From an uncultured Christensenella sp. (lineage in GTDB: Bacteria > Bacillota > Clostridia > Christensenellales > Borkfalkiaceae), in NCBI GenBank assembly GCA_910585595.1, contig CAJUET010000002.1, positions 135,418 to 199,417 of the forward strand: DNA of 64,000 nucleotides, written 5' to 3'. The position numbers and the translations under genes are program-made. This document shows positions 1 through 10,674 of the stretch, piece by piece. The notes under the pieces are model-generated. The model was not told the origin of the DNA. It saw nothing but the letters and a program-made list of their open reading frames with translations, and made no database searches. The stretch's first letter is position 1; the number at the start of each line of letters is the position of its first letter.

Positions 1-1606
1 GCTCCGTACCCGACGGGCGCACGCAGATGAAGGATCCCCCATCGAGTTCGTAATACACGCAGTTGCACTTGGGAATATCGAGCACCTCCTCTTTGCCGTC
101 CGCGGTCATTCTCTTCGAAGCGGAATAATCACGAACCGCCTCAACGCGGAAATTGCCGAACGAGTCGGCTTTCACCGTCTTTAACGCGTCAACGACGGCG
201 TTCATCTCCTTCATGGCGTTCAAGCCTGAATACTGAACGGAGATGTTTTTATCGAGAACGTAACCGTACTTGGCGTAAATTTCCATGAGCCGCGCGTAAA
301 CGCTCTTACCGATATAAGTATAGTAGCAGACCATTTCCGCGGCAAGCATGCTTGCCACCACCGCATCTTTATCGCGCGCGTGCGTGCCGCGCAGATAACC
401 GCAGGACTCCTCGAAGCCGAACACATAGGTATATGCTCCGCTCTTTTCCCACTCCTTGATCTTTTCGCCGATGAACTTAAAGCCGACGGGCGTTTCAAAG
501 AGTTTGACTCCGAAATCGTCCGCAATCGCCTTTGCCATACCCGTCGTAACGAATGATTTGACGACGGCGGCATTGTCAGGCAATGCTTTTTCCTCTTTAA
601 GGCGGTTGAGGATATAATCGAGGAGCAAAATTCCGACTTGATTGCCCGAAAGCGCGATAAACTCACCTTCGTCGTTCTTGACTGCCACGCCGAGGCGGTC
701 GGAATCGGGATCGGTGCCGAACACTACGTCCGCATGAATTTTGTTTGCAAGAGCAATGCCCATAGAGAGCGTTTCCTTAAATTCGGGGTTGGGCACTTTG
801 ACGGTAGAAAATTCGGTATCGGGATTCTTCTGTTCTTCGACGACGGTTACGTTGATCCCGAGGCGCGCAAGAATATTCGTTACGGGAACGTAGCCCGAAC
901 CGTGCACGGGGGTATAGACAAGCTTTAAATCCTTACCGCATTTTTTGATGGCCTTCTTGGAAAGGGTCAGTTTGGAAAGCGCTTTCAAATAGGTTCTATC
1001 GACCTTTTTGGAAACTGCGGAAATAAGCGGACTCTTTTCGTCGCACCCGACCGAAAGATAATCGGTAATTTTTTCGATTTCCTTCACGACGACTTCCGTC
1101 GCCTCGGGCGACATCTGCGCGCCGTCCTCGCCGTAGACCTTATACCCGTTATATTCCTTGGGATTGTGAGAAGCCGTGATCATAACGCCCGCTACCGTTT
1201 TAAGATAGCGCACCGCATACGAAAGCATGGGCACGGGGTGCACTTCGGAAAAGAGATACGCTTTGATCCCGTTCTTTGCAAGCACGCCCGCAGACTTTTC
1301 GGCAAAGAGACGGCTCTTTCTTCTCGTATCGTATGAGATGACGACGCCTCTTTTTTTCGCCTCCTCTCCGAGGGAAGAAATATAACGGGAAAGACCTTCG
1401 CTCGCGCGCATGACGGTGTAGACATTCATCATGTTCATGCCGCACCCGATAATGCCGCGCATACCCGCCGTGCCGAATTCGAGCTCGCCGCCGAAGCGGT
1501 ATTCCTTTTCTTTTTCGTCGTCCTTGATCGCAAGAAGTTCCGCCCTGCTCTCTTCGTCGAGACGGGGATCGTTCAGCCATTGTTCGTAATTTTCGTTATA
1601 AGACAT
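1..1606 (-). CDS. phosphoglucomutase/phosphomannomutase-family phosphohexomutase (C-terminal end runs off the window)
   Basis: Absent from the ORF track because the frame stays open to base 1. ATG at 1606 with GGGAGA RBS. Hand translation: MSYNENYEQW...FGTAGMRG...MITASHNPKEYNGYK (phosphoserine loop)...CVRPSGTE (domain IV loop). Confidence 0.85.
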   Translation of the reverse strand, partial: MSYNENYEQWLNDPRLDEESRAELLAIKDDEKEKEYRFGGELEFGTAGMRGIIGCGMNMMNVYTVMRASEGLSRYISSLGEEAKKRGVVISYDTRRKSRLFAEKSAGVLAKNGIKAYLFSEVHPVPMLSYAVRYLKTVAGVMITASHNPKEYNGYKVYGEDGAQMSPEATEVVVKEIEKITDYLSVGCDEKSPLISAVSKKVDRTYLKALSKLTLSKKAIKKCGKDLKLVYTPVHGSGYVPVTNILARLGINVTVVEEQKNPDTEFSTVKVPNPEFKETLSMGIALANKIHADVVFGTDPDSDRLGVAVKNDEGEFIALSGNQVGILLLDYILNRLKEEKALPDNAAVVKSFVTTGMAKAIADDFGVKLFETPVGFKFIGEKIKEWEKSGAYTYVFGFEESCGYLRGTHARDKDAVVASMLAAEMVCYYTYIGKSVYARLMEIYAKYGYVLDKNISVQYSGLNAMKEMNAVVDALKTVKADSFGNFRVEAVRDYSASKRMTADGKEEVLDIPKCNCVYYELDGGSFICVRPSGTE

Positions 1607-1642
1607 ATTATCTCCCTATTACGCGCTGCAACGGCGCAAAAT

Positions 1643-2608
1643 TTATTCTTTTAAATCGTCCGGTTTCTCCTCTCCGCCCGCAATGGTACGCGAAGAAATA
1701 AAGTACTTTTTCGAATTATCCTCGTAATACTGTACGAACTGCAAAGAAAGCAGGAATACAAAACTCAAAGGAAGCGTTACGAGAAGCGCGCTCCCGAACG
1801 TGCAGAGCGCAAACAGTATATTCACGACCATTATAAGATATGCCGCGACCAAAAAGCTTGCAAAGCGCCTGCCGAAGTGCTTTTTGGCACAGATACTTTC
1901 GCGGAAAGCGCGCGCAACTTTTTTTTCGCCCGCAACGATTGCGGGGATCCATGCGGAGACGAGCGTCATTTTAAGCGCTTCCAAACAGGCGAACGCGGTT
2001 ACCGTCAACGAAAGCGAGCAAAGGATCGAAACCCAACCGCTGATCGAGAACGCCGCAGGCAGCCAGAAGAAAGCAAACCAGCAGACGAGAACCGCGATCA
2101 AATCGTAAAGAAAGATAAGCGGTACATAGATAATTTCGTACAGAGCGCCTTTTGCAAGATTCTTAAAATAGGAGCCGGAAAACCGCGTACGGGAAAAAGT
2201 GCTCATGCGATCGTTCATCGTTCCTGCAACCGCAAAGCGACCGAGTCCGTTCATAAAACGCGACAGCAGATAGATCGCGGCAACTCCCACGCCCGTCCCC
2301 ACGATCGCGCCCGTGGAATTACGGATAAGTTCTTTTAATTCGCCGAACGCTTCGGCAAAGCTGTTCTGAAAAGTATCCTGTATCCATGCGGAGTTGCCCG
2401 TGACGATCGCATTAAAAAAACCTTTGATCAGTTCCGCGACCGTCTTGGTAGGACTGCCCGAAATAATGCCGTCAAGCCCCAAACGCAGAATCAAATAACC
2501 CAAGCTCATAAATACCGCACCCGTAAGTACAGAATACAGGAGAAGTTTAAATACGCTTGAAAAATTATCCATTGTAATATGGATCGCATTACGAAATCTC
2601 ATATTCAA
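1643..2608 (-). CDS. multi-pass membrane protein, function unknown
   Basis: 321-aa ORF with several long hydrophobic segments. A 4-nt overlap with ORF 2605..3441 suggests an operon. Confidence 0.6.
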   Translation of the reverse strand: MNMRFRNAIHITMDNFSSVFKLLLYSVLTGAVFMSLGYLILRLGLDGIISGSPTKTVAELIKGFFNAIVTGNSAWIQDTFQNSFAEAFGELKELIRNSTGAIVGTGVGVAAIYLLSRFMNGLGRFAVAGTMNDRMSTFSRTRFSGSYFKNLAKGALYEIIYVPLIFLYDLIAVLVCWFAFFWLPAAFSISGWVSILCSLSLTVTAFACLEALKMTLVSAWIPAIVAGEKKVARAFRESICAKKHFGRRFASFLVAAYLIMVVNILFALCTFGSALLVTLPLSFVFLLSLQFVQYYEDNSKKYFISSRTIAGGEEKPDDLKE

Positions 2609-3441
2609 ATATCCTTATAGCTTTTAATAACGTCCTCTCTGTCCAATTTGTCCGTTTCGAAATAGACGGTTTCCATACGGATAAACATTCCCGCGTAGAG
2701 GAAAAGAGAGAGGATAAGCGCAACGACGCGGAATATGATTTCATAGAGAAACGCCGTTCCGCCCAATAAAACGATCGCGAGCGAAACCGAGAGCGCGTGC
2801 GCCGCGATGAGTTTCCATCTTACTCCTATGGAGAGGCGGTAGGAATAGAGAAAGGCATGATAAGGGCGGAAGCCCGTGATCTGCATACAGGGCAACCACA
2901 GATAAAAGGCCTCGAACGCATACAGAAACATAAATGCAACGACGAAAAACACAAGCGCCGTAAGAATATACACGAGCGCGGTAGACGGGATCGAAAAAAT
3001 CGCAAACATGAGCGCCGCAAGAATGATCGACGCAATTTCGCCGAGCGCGTAAAACAGAAGAATGATCAGAAAAGAAGGCAGAAGAAGATTCTTCATTCCC
3101 TCTCCCATGCCGCTCGGCGTTCGCTTTCCGATACGCATATGTTTTTCTATCATGGTGAGAAGAAGCGCCGCAAAAACCGAAGACAATATATACGCGCACG
3201 CCGTGTATACCCCGCCGAGCGCAGAATCGATCCTTATGGGAGCAAAGGCGCGGAGCATATCCAAAAAGTCCGTGCGCGGAGTTCCTTTAAAAAACCCGTG
3301 CACAAATTCCGAGATCGCAGTATAGTCGAAAGAGAGCGCAATAAAAACCGCCGGCGCCAACCCGCAGGCGAGTACATACCAGAAATTTTTAAAAAGGTAT
3401 TTCCAATTTCCGAATACTATACGCATTTTCTTTCTCCTCAT
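2605..3441 (-). CDS. multi-pass membrane protein, function unknown
   Basis: 278-aa ORF, hydrophobic throughout, translationally coupled to 1643..2608. Confidence 0.6.
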   Translation of the reverse strand: MRRKKMRIVFGNWKYLFKNFWYVLACGLAPAVFIALSFDYTAISEFVHGFFKGTPRTDFLDMLRAFAPIRIDSALGGVYTACAYILSSVFAALLLTMIEKHMRIGKRTPSGMGEGMKNLLLPSFLIILLFYALGEIASIILAALMFAIFSIPSTALVYILTALVFFVVAFMFLYAFEAFYLWLPCMQITGFRPYHAFLYSYRLSIGVRWKLIAAHALSVSLAIVLLGGTAFLYEIIFRVVALILSLFLYAGMFIRMETVYFETDKLDREDVIKSYKDI

Positions 3442-3518
3442 TCTTTATTATATAACAATTTGCGCCGACTGTAAAGAGTTTTTTCCGAAAAGCAAAATAA
3501 AAAATGCTCTCCCTTTTC

Positions 3519-3965
3519 TCAGGAAAGCACTCCGCGTTCTTTTAACAAGTCTTCAAGCAGATCTGCCGCGTCGCGGATCAGCAAAGGACAGGGTCGCTTT
3601 TTGTAGTACTCATCCGTCCGCGGTTCTGCATTCGGGGAGGAATCAACCCCGATTCCGGCGCCCGAAAGGAGCTTTCCGCAGATCACGCTCCCGTTCTTTT
3701 CCTCGAAGCGACGGCAGTACTCTTGTACGATCGCATAGACCTCGCTCTTTTTAAGCTGAGAAAAAAAGAGTCCCAAACACATCACGGCGCCCGTGACCGC
3801 TCCGCAGGTCAAACGAAGCCTGCCCATTCCGCCGCCGAAGGGATGCGCCGCCGCAAGCAGAGTCTCTTTATCCGCCTTCGTATCGTCTATAAAAGCAAAG
3901 ACGACCGCCTGCGCACAGTTATAGCCTTCTCTGAATTTTTGTTCTGCGATCTCTCCCCTCGTCAT
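3519..3965 (-). CDS. C_GCAxxG_C_C family redox-type protein
   Basis: YNCAQAV ... GGGMG ... LTCGAVTGAVM ... VICGKL cysteine pattern typical of this family; 148 aa. Confidence 0.75.
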   Translation of the reverse strand: MTRGEIAEQKFREGYNCAQAVVFAFIDDTKADKETLLAAAHPFGGGMGRLRLTCGAVTGAVMCLGLFFSQLKKSEVYAIVQEYCRRFEEKNGSVICGKLLSGAGIGVDSSPNAEPRTDEYYKKRPCPLLIRDAADLLEDLLKERGVLS

Positions 3966-3980
3966 GGGTTTCTCCTCATT

Positions 3981-4133
3981 TTATAATTCTGATTCGTAAT
4001 GGCATTTAGCGTCTTGCGTGGGCGGCATGGATTCTCCCTCCCCCACATAAATGGTATTTACGATCCTGCCTTCGCCGTCCACGATTCTGTATGCGCCCGT
4101 TTTGGGGCAGGTGTCTCCGCAATGCAATCTCAT
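3981..4133 (-). CDS. small Cys-containing protein (50 aa), below the ORF-track cutoff
   Basis: ATG at 4133 preceded by GGAGGA. Hand translation: MRLHCGDTCPKTGAYRIVDGEGRIVNTIYVGEGESMPPTQDAKCHYESEL. Confidence 0.4.
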   Translation of the reverse strand: MRLHCGDTCPKTGAYRIVDGEGRIVNTIYVGEGESMPPTQDAKCHYESEL

Positions 4134-4183
4134 GTTTATCCTCCGATATTGAAAGTATGCGGAGAAAACGAAAGTTTATACGG

Positions 4184-5014
4184 TTACAAAACGCCGAGGG
4201 CGTTCAGCCAAAAACAGGTAAACGAAAGCGCGACAAGATATACCGCAAACCACTTGTAATTCCCTTTACTGATGACTTTGAGCATGACTTTGATCGCAAA
4301 AAATCCTGCGACCGCAGAGAAAACCACTCCCACGACCATCCCGATAATTCCGCCCGTTCCGACGGCGGCGATTCCTTCGTCGGACTTGACGACATGAAAG
4401 ACCTCTACGGCGAGACTTCCCAAAATCACGGGAATACTCATGAGAAAGGAAAATCTTGCGACCTGTTCTCTCTTTGCGCCCGAAATTACGCCCGCCGCGA
4501 TCGTAGAACCGCTCCGCGAAATCCCGGGGAACAGCGCAGCCGCCTGCGCAAGCCCCATGGGAACGGAATGTCTCCAACTAAGCGGCGCGGTCTTTTTCTT
4601 ACGGGACGATATAAATTCAGTCAACAACAGAATAAATGCCGTGAGTGCGAAGAACACCGCAAGCCAACAGAGCCAGGCGGCGTTGGATTCGGGATCGAAA
4701 AGCGCTTCGATCTTGTCGTTGAACAACAGCCCGATAACACCTGCGGGAACTGTTGCGACAATCAGCATAAGAAGCGTTTTGAAGGGCTTTTTAAAGAGCG
4801 CTAAAATATCCTTCCAAAATACGAAAATGACGGATAAAAGCGTTCCGAAGTGCAGCAGAATGTTTACAAAGGTCATTCCCGCAACGCCTAAATTGTAGCC
4901 CAGTATCTGCTGTAAAAGCGTTAAATGTCCGCTTGAAGAAACGGGCAGGAACTCCGTGAGTCCCTGCACCGTGCCTAAGACAGCAGATTTCCAGATAGCT
5001 TCCCAAATTCCCAA
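4184..5014 (-). CDS. uppP: undecaprenyl-diphosphate phosphatase
   Basis: GLTEFLPVSSSGHL motif, polytopic membrane profile, 276 aa. Confidence 0.9.
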   Translation of the reverse strand: MGIWEAIWKSAVLGTVQGLTEFLPVSSSGHLTLLQQILGYNLGVAGMTFVNILLHFGTLLSVIFVFWKDILALFKKPFKTLLMLIVATVPAGVIGLLFNDKIEALFDPESNAAWLCWLAVFFALTAFILLLTEFISSRKKKTAPLSWRHSVPMGLAQAAALFPGISRSGSTIAAGVISGAKREQVARFSFLMSIPVILGSLAVEVFHVVKSDEGIAAVGTGGIIGMVVGVVFSAVAGFFAIKVMLKVISKGNYKWFAVYLVALSFTCFWLNALGVL

Positions 5015-5046
5015 TTTAAACTCCGTACAAAACGTTTTGTTATTTT

Positions 5047-7185
5047 TTAGTTGTTACCGAGATTTGCAAGATCGGAATAGCGGTCTTCGTAAATCGTGGC
5101 GCTTTCCTTATAGTAGGAAACGATCAAAGAGTGGCGGTTCGTCGAGTCCTTAGAAGCGGTGTCCGCCTTGTGCGCCTCGTAGTAGAGATTGGAGAAAGTC
5201 CCCTCGTCCTTTATCAATCCGTAATTGAATTCAAAAGGCGTTCTGATACCGCTTCCGTTATCCTTACCGTCTACGAACGAGAAAGTACAGTAAATGATAT
5301 GCCAACCGTAATCGGAAGGAACGACGATGTAGTTGCCCGCGCCTTCCTTTACCACCTTTTGCGCCGCATACTCGAACTCGCTCACGAAACTCGTCTTGTT
5401 TGCGGTGACCGCATAGCCGAGGTAAGAATTCAGCCCGCCTTTATCCGTATTATACGCAAAGGACAATTCGTTTATGACGGACATTGCCGTATTCTCGGGA
5501 GTGCCCGCTTTGAACATCTGATTTGCGTTAAAGCCGCCATCAAACGTAACCTTTCCCTTATAATAGACGAACTTCCCGTAATCAACGTCGCCGTTGGTTT
5601 TGTAATAATTTTTAGGATCGGTACTGTAATAGGAATCTCCCAAAGGCGTCCCTTTTTGAACGGTCGCGCCTGCGCTTTCAAGATACCCTTCCATCTCATT
5701 GATGAAGCCGTCTATCGTAATCTGATTGGGTTTATATTTACGCAGTTCCTCGTTCCACGTTCCGTTATAAGTGTACTTGCCGTAATAGTTCTTCAAACGC
5801 TTATACTTTGAAGGCTCATTGCTGTCGTTAAAGTTATCTTCGAAGAAGAGCCATTCTCTCTTCGGTTTGCTATCGTCAGTCGTATTATAGCCGTATGCAC
5901 CGACGTCCGCAGTCGCCTTAAACGAATAGTCCGTTTCGCCACGGAACCAGCTGCCGCGCTGATCGGTCGCCTTGATCTTTTTTAATAACTGTGCGCGCGT
6001 TGCAAACTTATTTCCCTTCGTATCGCCGAAGTCCTGCGTAACGGAGTTGAGCTCGTCCGTCTGCGCCGCGGAGAAGGGCAAAAGAATATTGATCACGAAA
6101 CCGAACGCGCTCTCCTCATCCGAATTTCCCGTAGCCGTTAAAACAAATTTTGAATCGGAAACGGAATCCAAATCGCTCTCCAAAGCAGAGGACGACTTTT
6201 GGTATATATTGCTCTGATTTTCTAGCGTTTCGTTAAAGTTATCGGTAAGATATGTTTCTGTGATCGTCTCTTCCGCCTGTTTTGAAAATACGTCGATCAA
6301 TTTTTGGATGAGAGCGTCCTCGTAGTCCGACTTCTTTTCGCGTTTGAAATATTCAAGCGATTCGATATCGCTCGTATCATCCCCTTTCTGCACGAGTCCG
6401 TTCGCTTCCAGATCCGACAAAAATTCGTTATAGCCGCGAAGACGCGTGGTCGCCGTAGAGCCGTCTTTGGGTTCGTATACATGCACGCCGCTCTGCTTTC
6501 CCGTACCCGTATATACTCTGTAATCTTCGGAATAGTAATCGCTGTCCGAAGTATTCAATCCGGAGGGTGTCGTTCTCACTTCGGAATCGTATTCTTTATC
6601 GTCCTCTTCCTTTTTGATAAACCGATCTTCGTAAGAGTCCACAGAGTTATTGAACAGGACTCTCGTCGTATAGTCCGCTTTTTTGATCTCCTCGTCGGTA
6701 AGGAAATAGGCAGTCGCCGCAATATCGTAATCTACGCCGCTTTTATCCTTAACCGCTTCGTTGAACGCCGCAAGGTCGTTGTAGGTATACGGCTTCTTGT
6801 TATCCTCCTCGTCCTGCCAACCGTTCGCAAGAAAATACGCCTTTGCATACTGAATGGAAATCTGGCGCTGAGCAAGCGATTCGGATATCGCATTAAAAAG
6901 ATCCGCGTAATTCACATTGGCATTGGAATAACCGGAATTGATAAACGTGGCAATCAAGTCCCTTTTAGAAACGGACGCCGACGTTATGACCTTTGCAACG
7001 AGGTCGTCGTCCAAATCTTTGAACTCCTTTTTAAAGTTATCGGATTTCGCAATATTGACTGTCGCAACGGTCTGAGCCAGATTCTTTTTTTCGTTACGGA
7101 TTACGAGGTCGCACCCCGCGAAGATTCCGCAACTCATGATTGCAGCAACCGCTACCGCTACCGCTTTTTTTCTGTTAATCTTCAT
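5047..7185 (-). CDS. lipoprotein with C-terminal parvulin/PpiC-type peptidyl-prolyl isomerase domain (PrsA/SurA-like foldase)
   Basis: Signal peptide with lipobox IFAGC. C-terminal SEFEYAAQKV...SDYGWHIIY parvulin-like motif. Located next to mfd. Confidence 0.6.
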   Translation of the reverse strand: MKINRKKAVAVAVAAIMSCGIFAGCDLVIRNEKKNLAQTVATVNIAKSDNFKKEFKDLDDDLVAKVITSASVSKRDLIATFINSGYSNANVNYADLFNAISESLAQRQISIQYAKAYFLANGWQDEEDNKKPYTYNDLAAFNEAVKDKSGVDYDIAATAYFLTDEEIKKADYTTRVLFNNSVDSYEDRFIKKEEDDKEYDSEVRTTPSGLNTSDSDYYSEDYRVYTGTGKQSGVHVYEPKDGSTATTRLRGYNEFLSDLEANGLVQKGDDTSDIESLEYFKREKKSDYEDALIQKLIDVFSKQAEETITETYLTDNFNETLENQSNIYQKSSSALESDLDSVSDSKFVLTATGNSDEESAFGFVINILLPFSAAQTDELNSVTQDFGDTKGNKFATRAQLLKKIKATDQRGSWFRGETDYSFKATADVGAYGYNTTDDSKPKREWLFFEDNFNDSNEPSKYKRLKNYYGKYTYNGTWNEELRKYKPNQITIDGFINEMEGYLESAGATVQKGTPLGDSYYSTDPKNYYKTNGDVDYGKFVYYKGKVTFDGGFNANQMFKAGTPENTAMSVINELSFAYNTDKGGLNSYLGYAVTANKTSFVSEFEYAAQKVVKEGAGNYIVVPSDYGWHIIYCTFSFVDGKDNGSGIRTPFEFNYGLIKDEGTFSNLYYEAHKADTASKDSTNRHSLIVSYYKESATIYEDRYSDLANLGNN

Positions 7186-7287
7186 AATTTACTCCGAACT
7201 TTTCCGTGAAAGGAATACAAAAACCCACAATCACACTTACTTATTATAGCGCATAATGCGAATTCGCGCAAGTCATTTTCGTGAAAA

Positions 7288-10200
7288 TCAAGTAAAAGAT
7301 GCCGCAAATTTTAAAAATTTCGTCATAAAAATCATGGTTTTTCCGCCGTTGCCCATTGAACGGAACTTTAAAACGGGCGCGCTCGTCATATCGAAACTCA
7401 AATCGCGGGCATATTTATCGATCGCGGCGGAGATTCTGCTGTCGCCGAGCGTTTTTAACGAGGTAAATTCAAGCGCCCCGCCGTTTGCCCCCACGGAAAT
7501 CTTTTTGACGCGGAATTTCGCCGCGTAGCTCTTTAAGACGGCGATCACGAGCAAATTGACTGTCTCCTGCGGAAGCGTTCCGTAAGTCTCTTCAAGGGAA
7601 GTACAAACCCGTTTATAGTCAGCGGCGCTCTTGATTTCGGCAATCTGTTTATAGGTGTCCATGCGCCCCGCCGCCGATTCGATATAGCTTTCGGGAATGA
7701 ACGCCGTCGCCTTGATATCCAAATCAACGCTTGTCTCCGCCTCTCCCGTGATTTCTTCTTTGAGAATTTTGGAATAGAGTTCGTAGCCCACCTTATCCAT
7801 ATGCCCGTGCTGTTCCGCACCCAAAACGCTTCCCGCGCCGCGGATCTCCAAATCGCGCATGGCGATCTTAAAGCCCGAGCCGAGTTCGGTAAACTGCATA
7901 ATAGCCTTTAACCGTTCAGCGGCGTTTTCCGTCATCACCCGTTCGGGTTTATAGGTAAAGTACGCATGCGCAAGCCTTGCTCCCCGCCCCACTCTTCCGC
8001 GGAGCTGATAGAGCTGCGCGATCCCCAAACGGTCGGAATCGATCACGATGATTGTATTCGCGTTGGGAAGGTCGATCCCGTTTTCGATGATCGTCGTTGT
8101 CACCAATATATCGCTCTCGCCGCGGTAAAAACCGAACACCGAATTTTCAAGCGTCGTCTTATCCATTCTGCCGTGCGCGACGGCAACGCGCGCTTCCGGC
8201 ACGATCTCCTGCAACCTTCGGGCAAAGGTAAAAATACTCTCCACGCGGTTGTAAAGAACGAACACCTGCCCTTTCCTCGACACCTCTCTTAAAATCGCGT
8301 CGCGCAAAAGGGACTCCGTCTCCTCGGCAACGTAAGTCTGCACAGGCAGGCGGGCGCGCGGAGGCGTCTGAATGGTCGAAATGTCACGAATGCCGGAAAG
8401 GGACAAATGCAGGGTGCGCGGAATGGGCGTTGCCGTCATCGTCAAACAGTCGATATTCCGCTTTATATTCTTGATCTTTTCCTTATGCTCCACGCCGAAC
8501 CGCTGTTCCTCGTCGAGCAAAAGAAGTCCCAGATCCTTAAATTTTATATCGGACGACAACAGCCTGTGCGTGCCGATGATAAGGTCGATCTCTCCGCGTT
8601 CGAGCGCGAAAAGAATTTCTTTTTGCACCTTGTCGGAGCGGAAACGGTTGATCGCCTCGACCCGCACGCCAAAGTCCTTCATTCGCTCCGTCGCCGTACG
8701 GAAGTGCTGTTCGGAAAGGACGGTCGAAGGGCACATGAGCGCCGCCTGCTTTCCCGCCAAAATACAGCGGTAGGCGGCGCGGAGGGCGACCTCCGTCTTG
8801 CCGAAGCCCACGTCCCCGCAAAGAAGTCTGTCCATCACCTTATCCGAACACATATCTTTTTCGATCTCTTCGAGGGAAACGAGCTGATCCGCCGTTTCCT
8901 CGTAAGGAAACGCCGCCGCGAACTCCTCCATCTCCTCGCGGTATTCGGGAAAGACAAATCCGTGCCGTTCAGTGCGTTCCTGATAGAGTTGCTTCAAATC
9001 GAACGCCATCTTTTTGAGCGAGGCCCGGACGCGCGCCTTGACCCGTTCGAACTCTCCGCCGCCGATCTTTGAAAGGGTCGGGTTCTCTTCGCCCATGTAT
9101 TTGCTGAGCGCGTCCATCTGCTCCACGGGCACATAAAGCGTATCTCCGCCCTTATATTCGAGCGCGATATATTCCTTTACGCCGTCCGTCGTTTCGATTT
9201 TTTTCGTACCGACGATCCTGCCGATCCCGTGCGTTTCGTGCACGGCGTAATCGCCCACTTCGGGAGCAACGAACAAGTCCCCTCTGCGTTTTTTAATGCG
9301 CCGCTCCTTGGGTGCCTTTAAGAACAGATCGTCCGAACCCAAAACCGCGATCTTGCTCTCGTGCAGAATAAAGCCGTGCGAAAGCGGGCTATCCGTGACC
9401 GCGATCCCCTTAAAATTCAAAAGGGAAGAGGAAAGCGCGACGGGCGTAAAGCCGTTTTCGTCGAGCGCGTCGCCAAGTTTTTTCGCCCGCTCTGCATTTC
9501 CGCAGCAGAGAACGACGCGGTAGCCCGTCCTTTTCCATGCGGCCAGATCGTTATACAAATCGGAAAAACTGTTGATATAGCGGCGGACGGGCACGGCGGT
9601 AAAGCGGTGCGTCTTTAAGGGATCAAAGAAATAGGTCTTGCCCGTGAACGACGAAAGAGAGACCGCTTTTCTCCCATTGAAATCGGAAAGGATACTTTGC
9701 GGAACGAACTGATCCTGCGAAAACGAAGCGACCTCTCCGCTCTCTCTGAGGGTCAAAAACCGCTCTGCGTGCTCTTTATAAAGCCCTTCCATACGATCGG
9801 AAATCTGCTTCGTTTCGTCAAACAATATCTGCACGTCCCGTCCGAGAACGTCGAAAAAGCACGCCGAATTTTTGAGAAGCGGCATTAAAAATTCCGAACG
9901 GAAGCCGTCCGCCCTGATTTCCCCGAAAATGTTTTCAAGCCTACGTCTTGCCTCGGAAGAGGGAGCGGAAGCAAGCTCCTTTTTAAAGATTGCGGAAAGC
10001 GTCTCTTCCTCTCCCTCTTCGGGCACGACGTCCGTTGCCGAAGCGATCGTGACTTGATTCAGGACGGGAAGGCGCTCCCCCGTGATTTCATCGTAGGGTT
10101 TAATACTCTCGATTTCGTCACCGAAGAAATCAATCCGGACGGGGTGCTCCGAATTGACGGGATAAATGTCGAGAATGTCGCCGCGGAGCGCAAACACGCC

Positions 10201-10674
10201 CTTACTCTCCACCGCGTATTCCCGCGCATAGCCCGCGCGGACAAGTTCTTCCGCAAATTTACGCATATCGCAATTCTGCCCCGTGCGCAACATGAACACG
10301 GGAAGACGGGCGGGCACGAGCCCCATAAACGCTTCGATATCGCCGACGAGAATATCCGCTCCCGTCTGCCATTCGAAGAGCGCGGAAAGCCGTTTGTTGA
10401 AAGCGTCCTTCGAGAGCGCCTTGCGATAAAAGAGCACCTCGTCCTTGGCGGGAAGAAGCGCGACTCTCTTATCTGAGAGCGCGGCGACCGACTCCGCCGC
10501 CCGCTGTGCGGAGAGCGCGTCCGCCGTGATATACACCGCACGCCCTTGGGTCATGGAAGCAATTAAGTACTTCATAGGGTCGGAAAGACCGTAACACGAC
10601 GCGGGCGCGCCGCTTTGAATGTCACGCCCGAGCAAGGAAAATTCGATTACGTTGTCAAAATCGAAAAAACTCAT
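7288..10674 (-). CDS. mfd: transcription-repair coupling factor
   Basis: 1128 aa; GDVGFGKTEVALRAA Walker A, LLLLDEEQRFGV box, TATPIPRTL, CarD-like region (YVPVEQ). Confidence 0.95.
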   Translation of the reverse strand: MSFFDFDNVIEFSLLGRDIQSGAPASCYGLSDPMKYLIASMTQGRAVYITADALSAQRAAESVAALSDKRVALLPAKDEVLFYRKALSKDAFNKRLSALFEWQTGADILVGDIEAFMGLVPARLPVFMLRTGQNCDMRKFAEELVRAGYAREYAVESKGVFALRGDILDIYPVNSEHPVRIDFFGDEIESIKPYDEITGERLPVLNQVTIASATDVVPEEGEEETLSAIFKKELASAPSSEARRRLENIFGEIRADGFRSEFLMPLLKNSACFFDVLGRDVQILFDETKQISDRMEGLYKEHAERFLTLRESGEVASFSQDQFVPQSILSDFNGRKAVSLSSFTGKTYFFDPLKTHRFTAVPVRRYINSFSDLYNDLAAWKRTGYRVVLCCGNAERAKKLGDALDENGFTPVALSSSLLNFKGIAVTDSPLSHGFILHESKIAVLGSDDLFLKAPKERRIKKRRGDLFVAPEVGDYAVHETHGIGRIVGTKKIETTDGVKEYIALEYKGGDTLYVPVEQMDALSKYMGEENPTLSKIGGGEFERVKARVRASLKKMAFDLKQLYQERTERHGFVFPEYREEMEEFAAAFPYEETADQLVSLEEIEKDMCSDKVMDRLLCGDVGFGKTEVALRAAYRCILAGKQAALMCPSTVLSEQHFRTATERMKDFGVRVEAINRFRSDKVQKEILFALERGEIDLIIGTHRLLSSDIKFKDLGLLLLDEEQRFGVEHKEKIKNIKRNIDCLTMTATPIPRTLHLSLSGIRDISTIQTPPRARLPVQTYVAEETESLLRDAILREVSRKGQVFVLYNRVESIFTFARRLQEIVPEARVAVAHGRMDKTTLENSVFGFYRGESDILVTTTIIENGIDLPNANTIIVIDSDRLGIAQLYQLRGRVGRGARLAHAYFTYKPERVMTENAAERLKAIMQFTELGSGFKIAMRDLEIRGAGSVLGAEQHGHMDKVGYELYSKILKEEITGEAETSVDLDIKATAFIPESYIESAAGRMDTYKQIAEIKSAADYKRVCTSLEETYGTLPQETVNLLVIAVLKSYAAKFRVKKISVGANGGALEFTSLKTLGDSRISAAIDKYARDLSFDMTSAPVLKFRSMGNGGKTMIFMTKFLKFAASFT

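Noticed and set aside
220-1580. Track ORFs 220..666(-), 638..928(+), 1192..1425(-) and 1200..1580(-)
   Set aside because: All lie inside the phosphohexomutase gene in other frames or on the other strand. The true frame (ATG 1606, open to base 1) gives textbook PGM motifs. The listed ORFs are Arg/Ser-rich shadow frames typical of GC-rich DNA.
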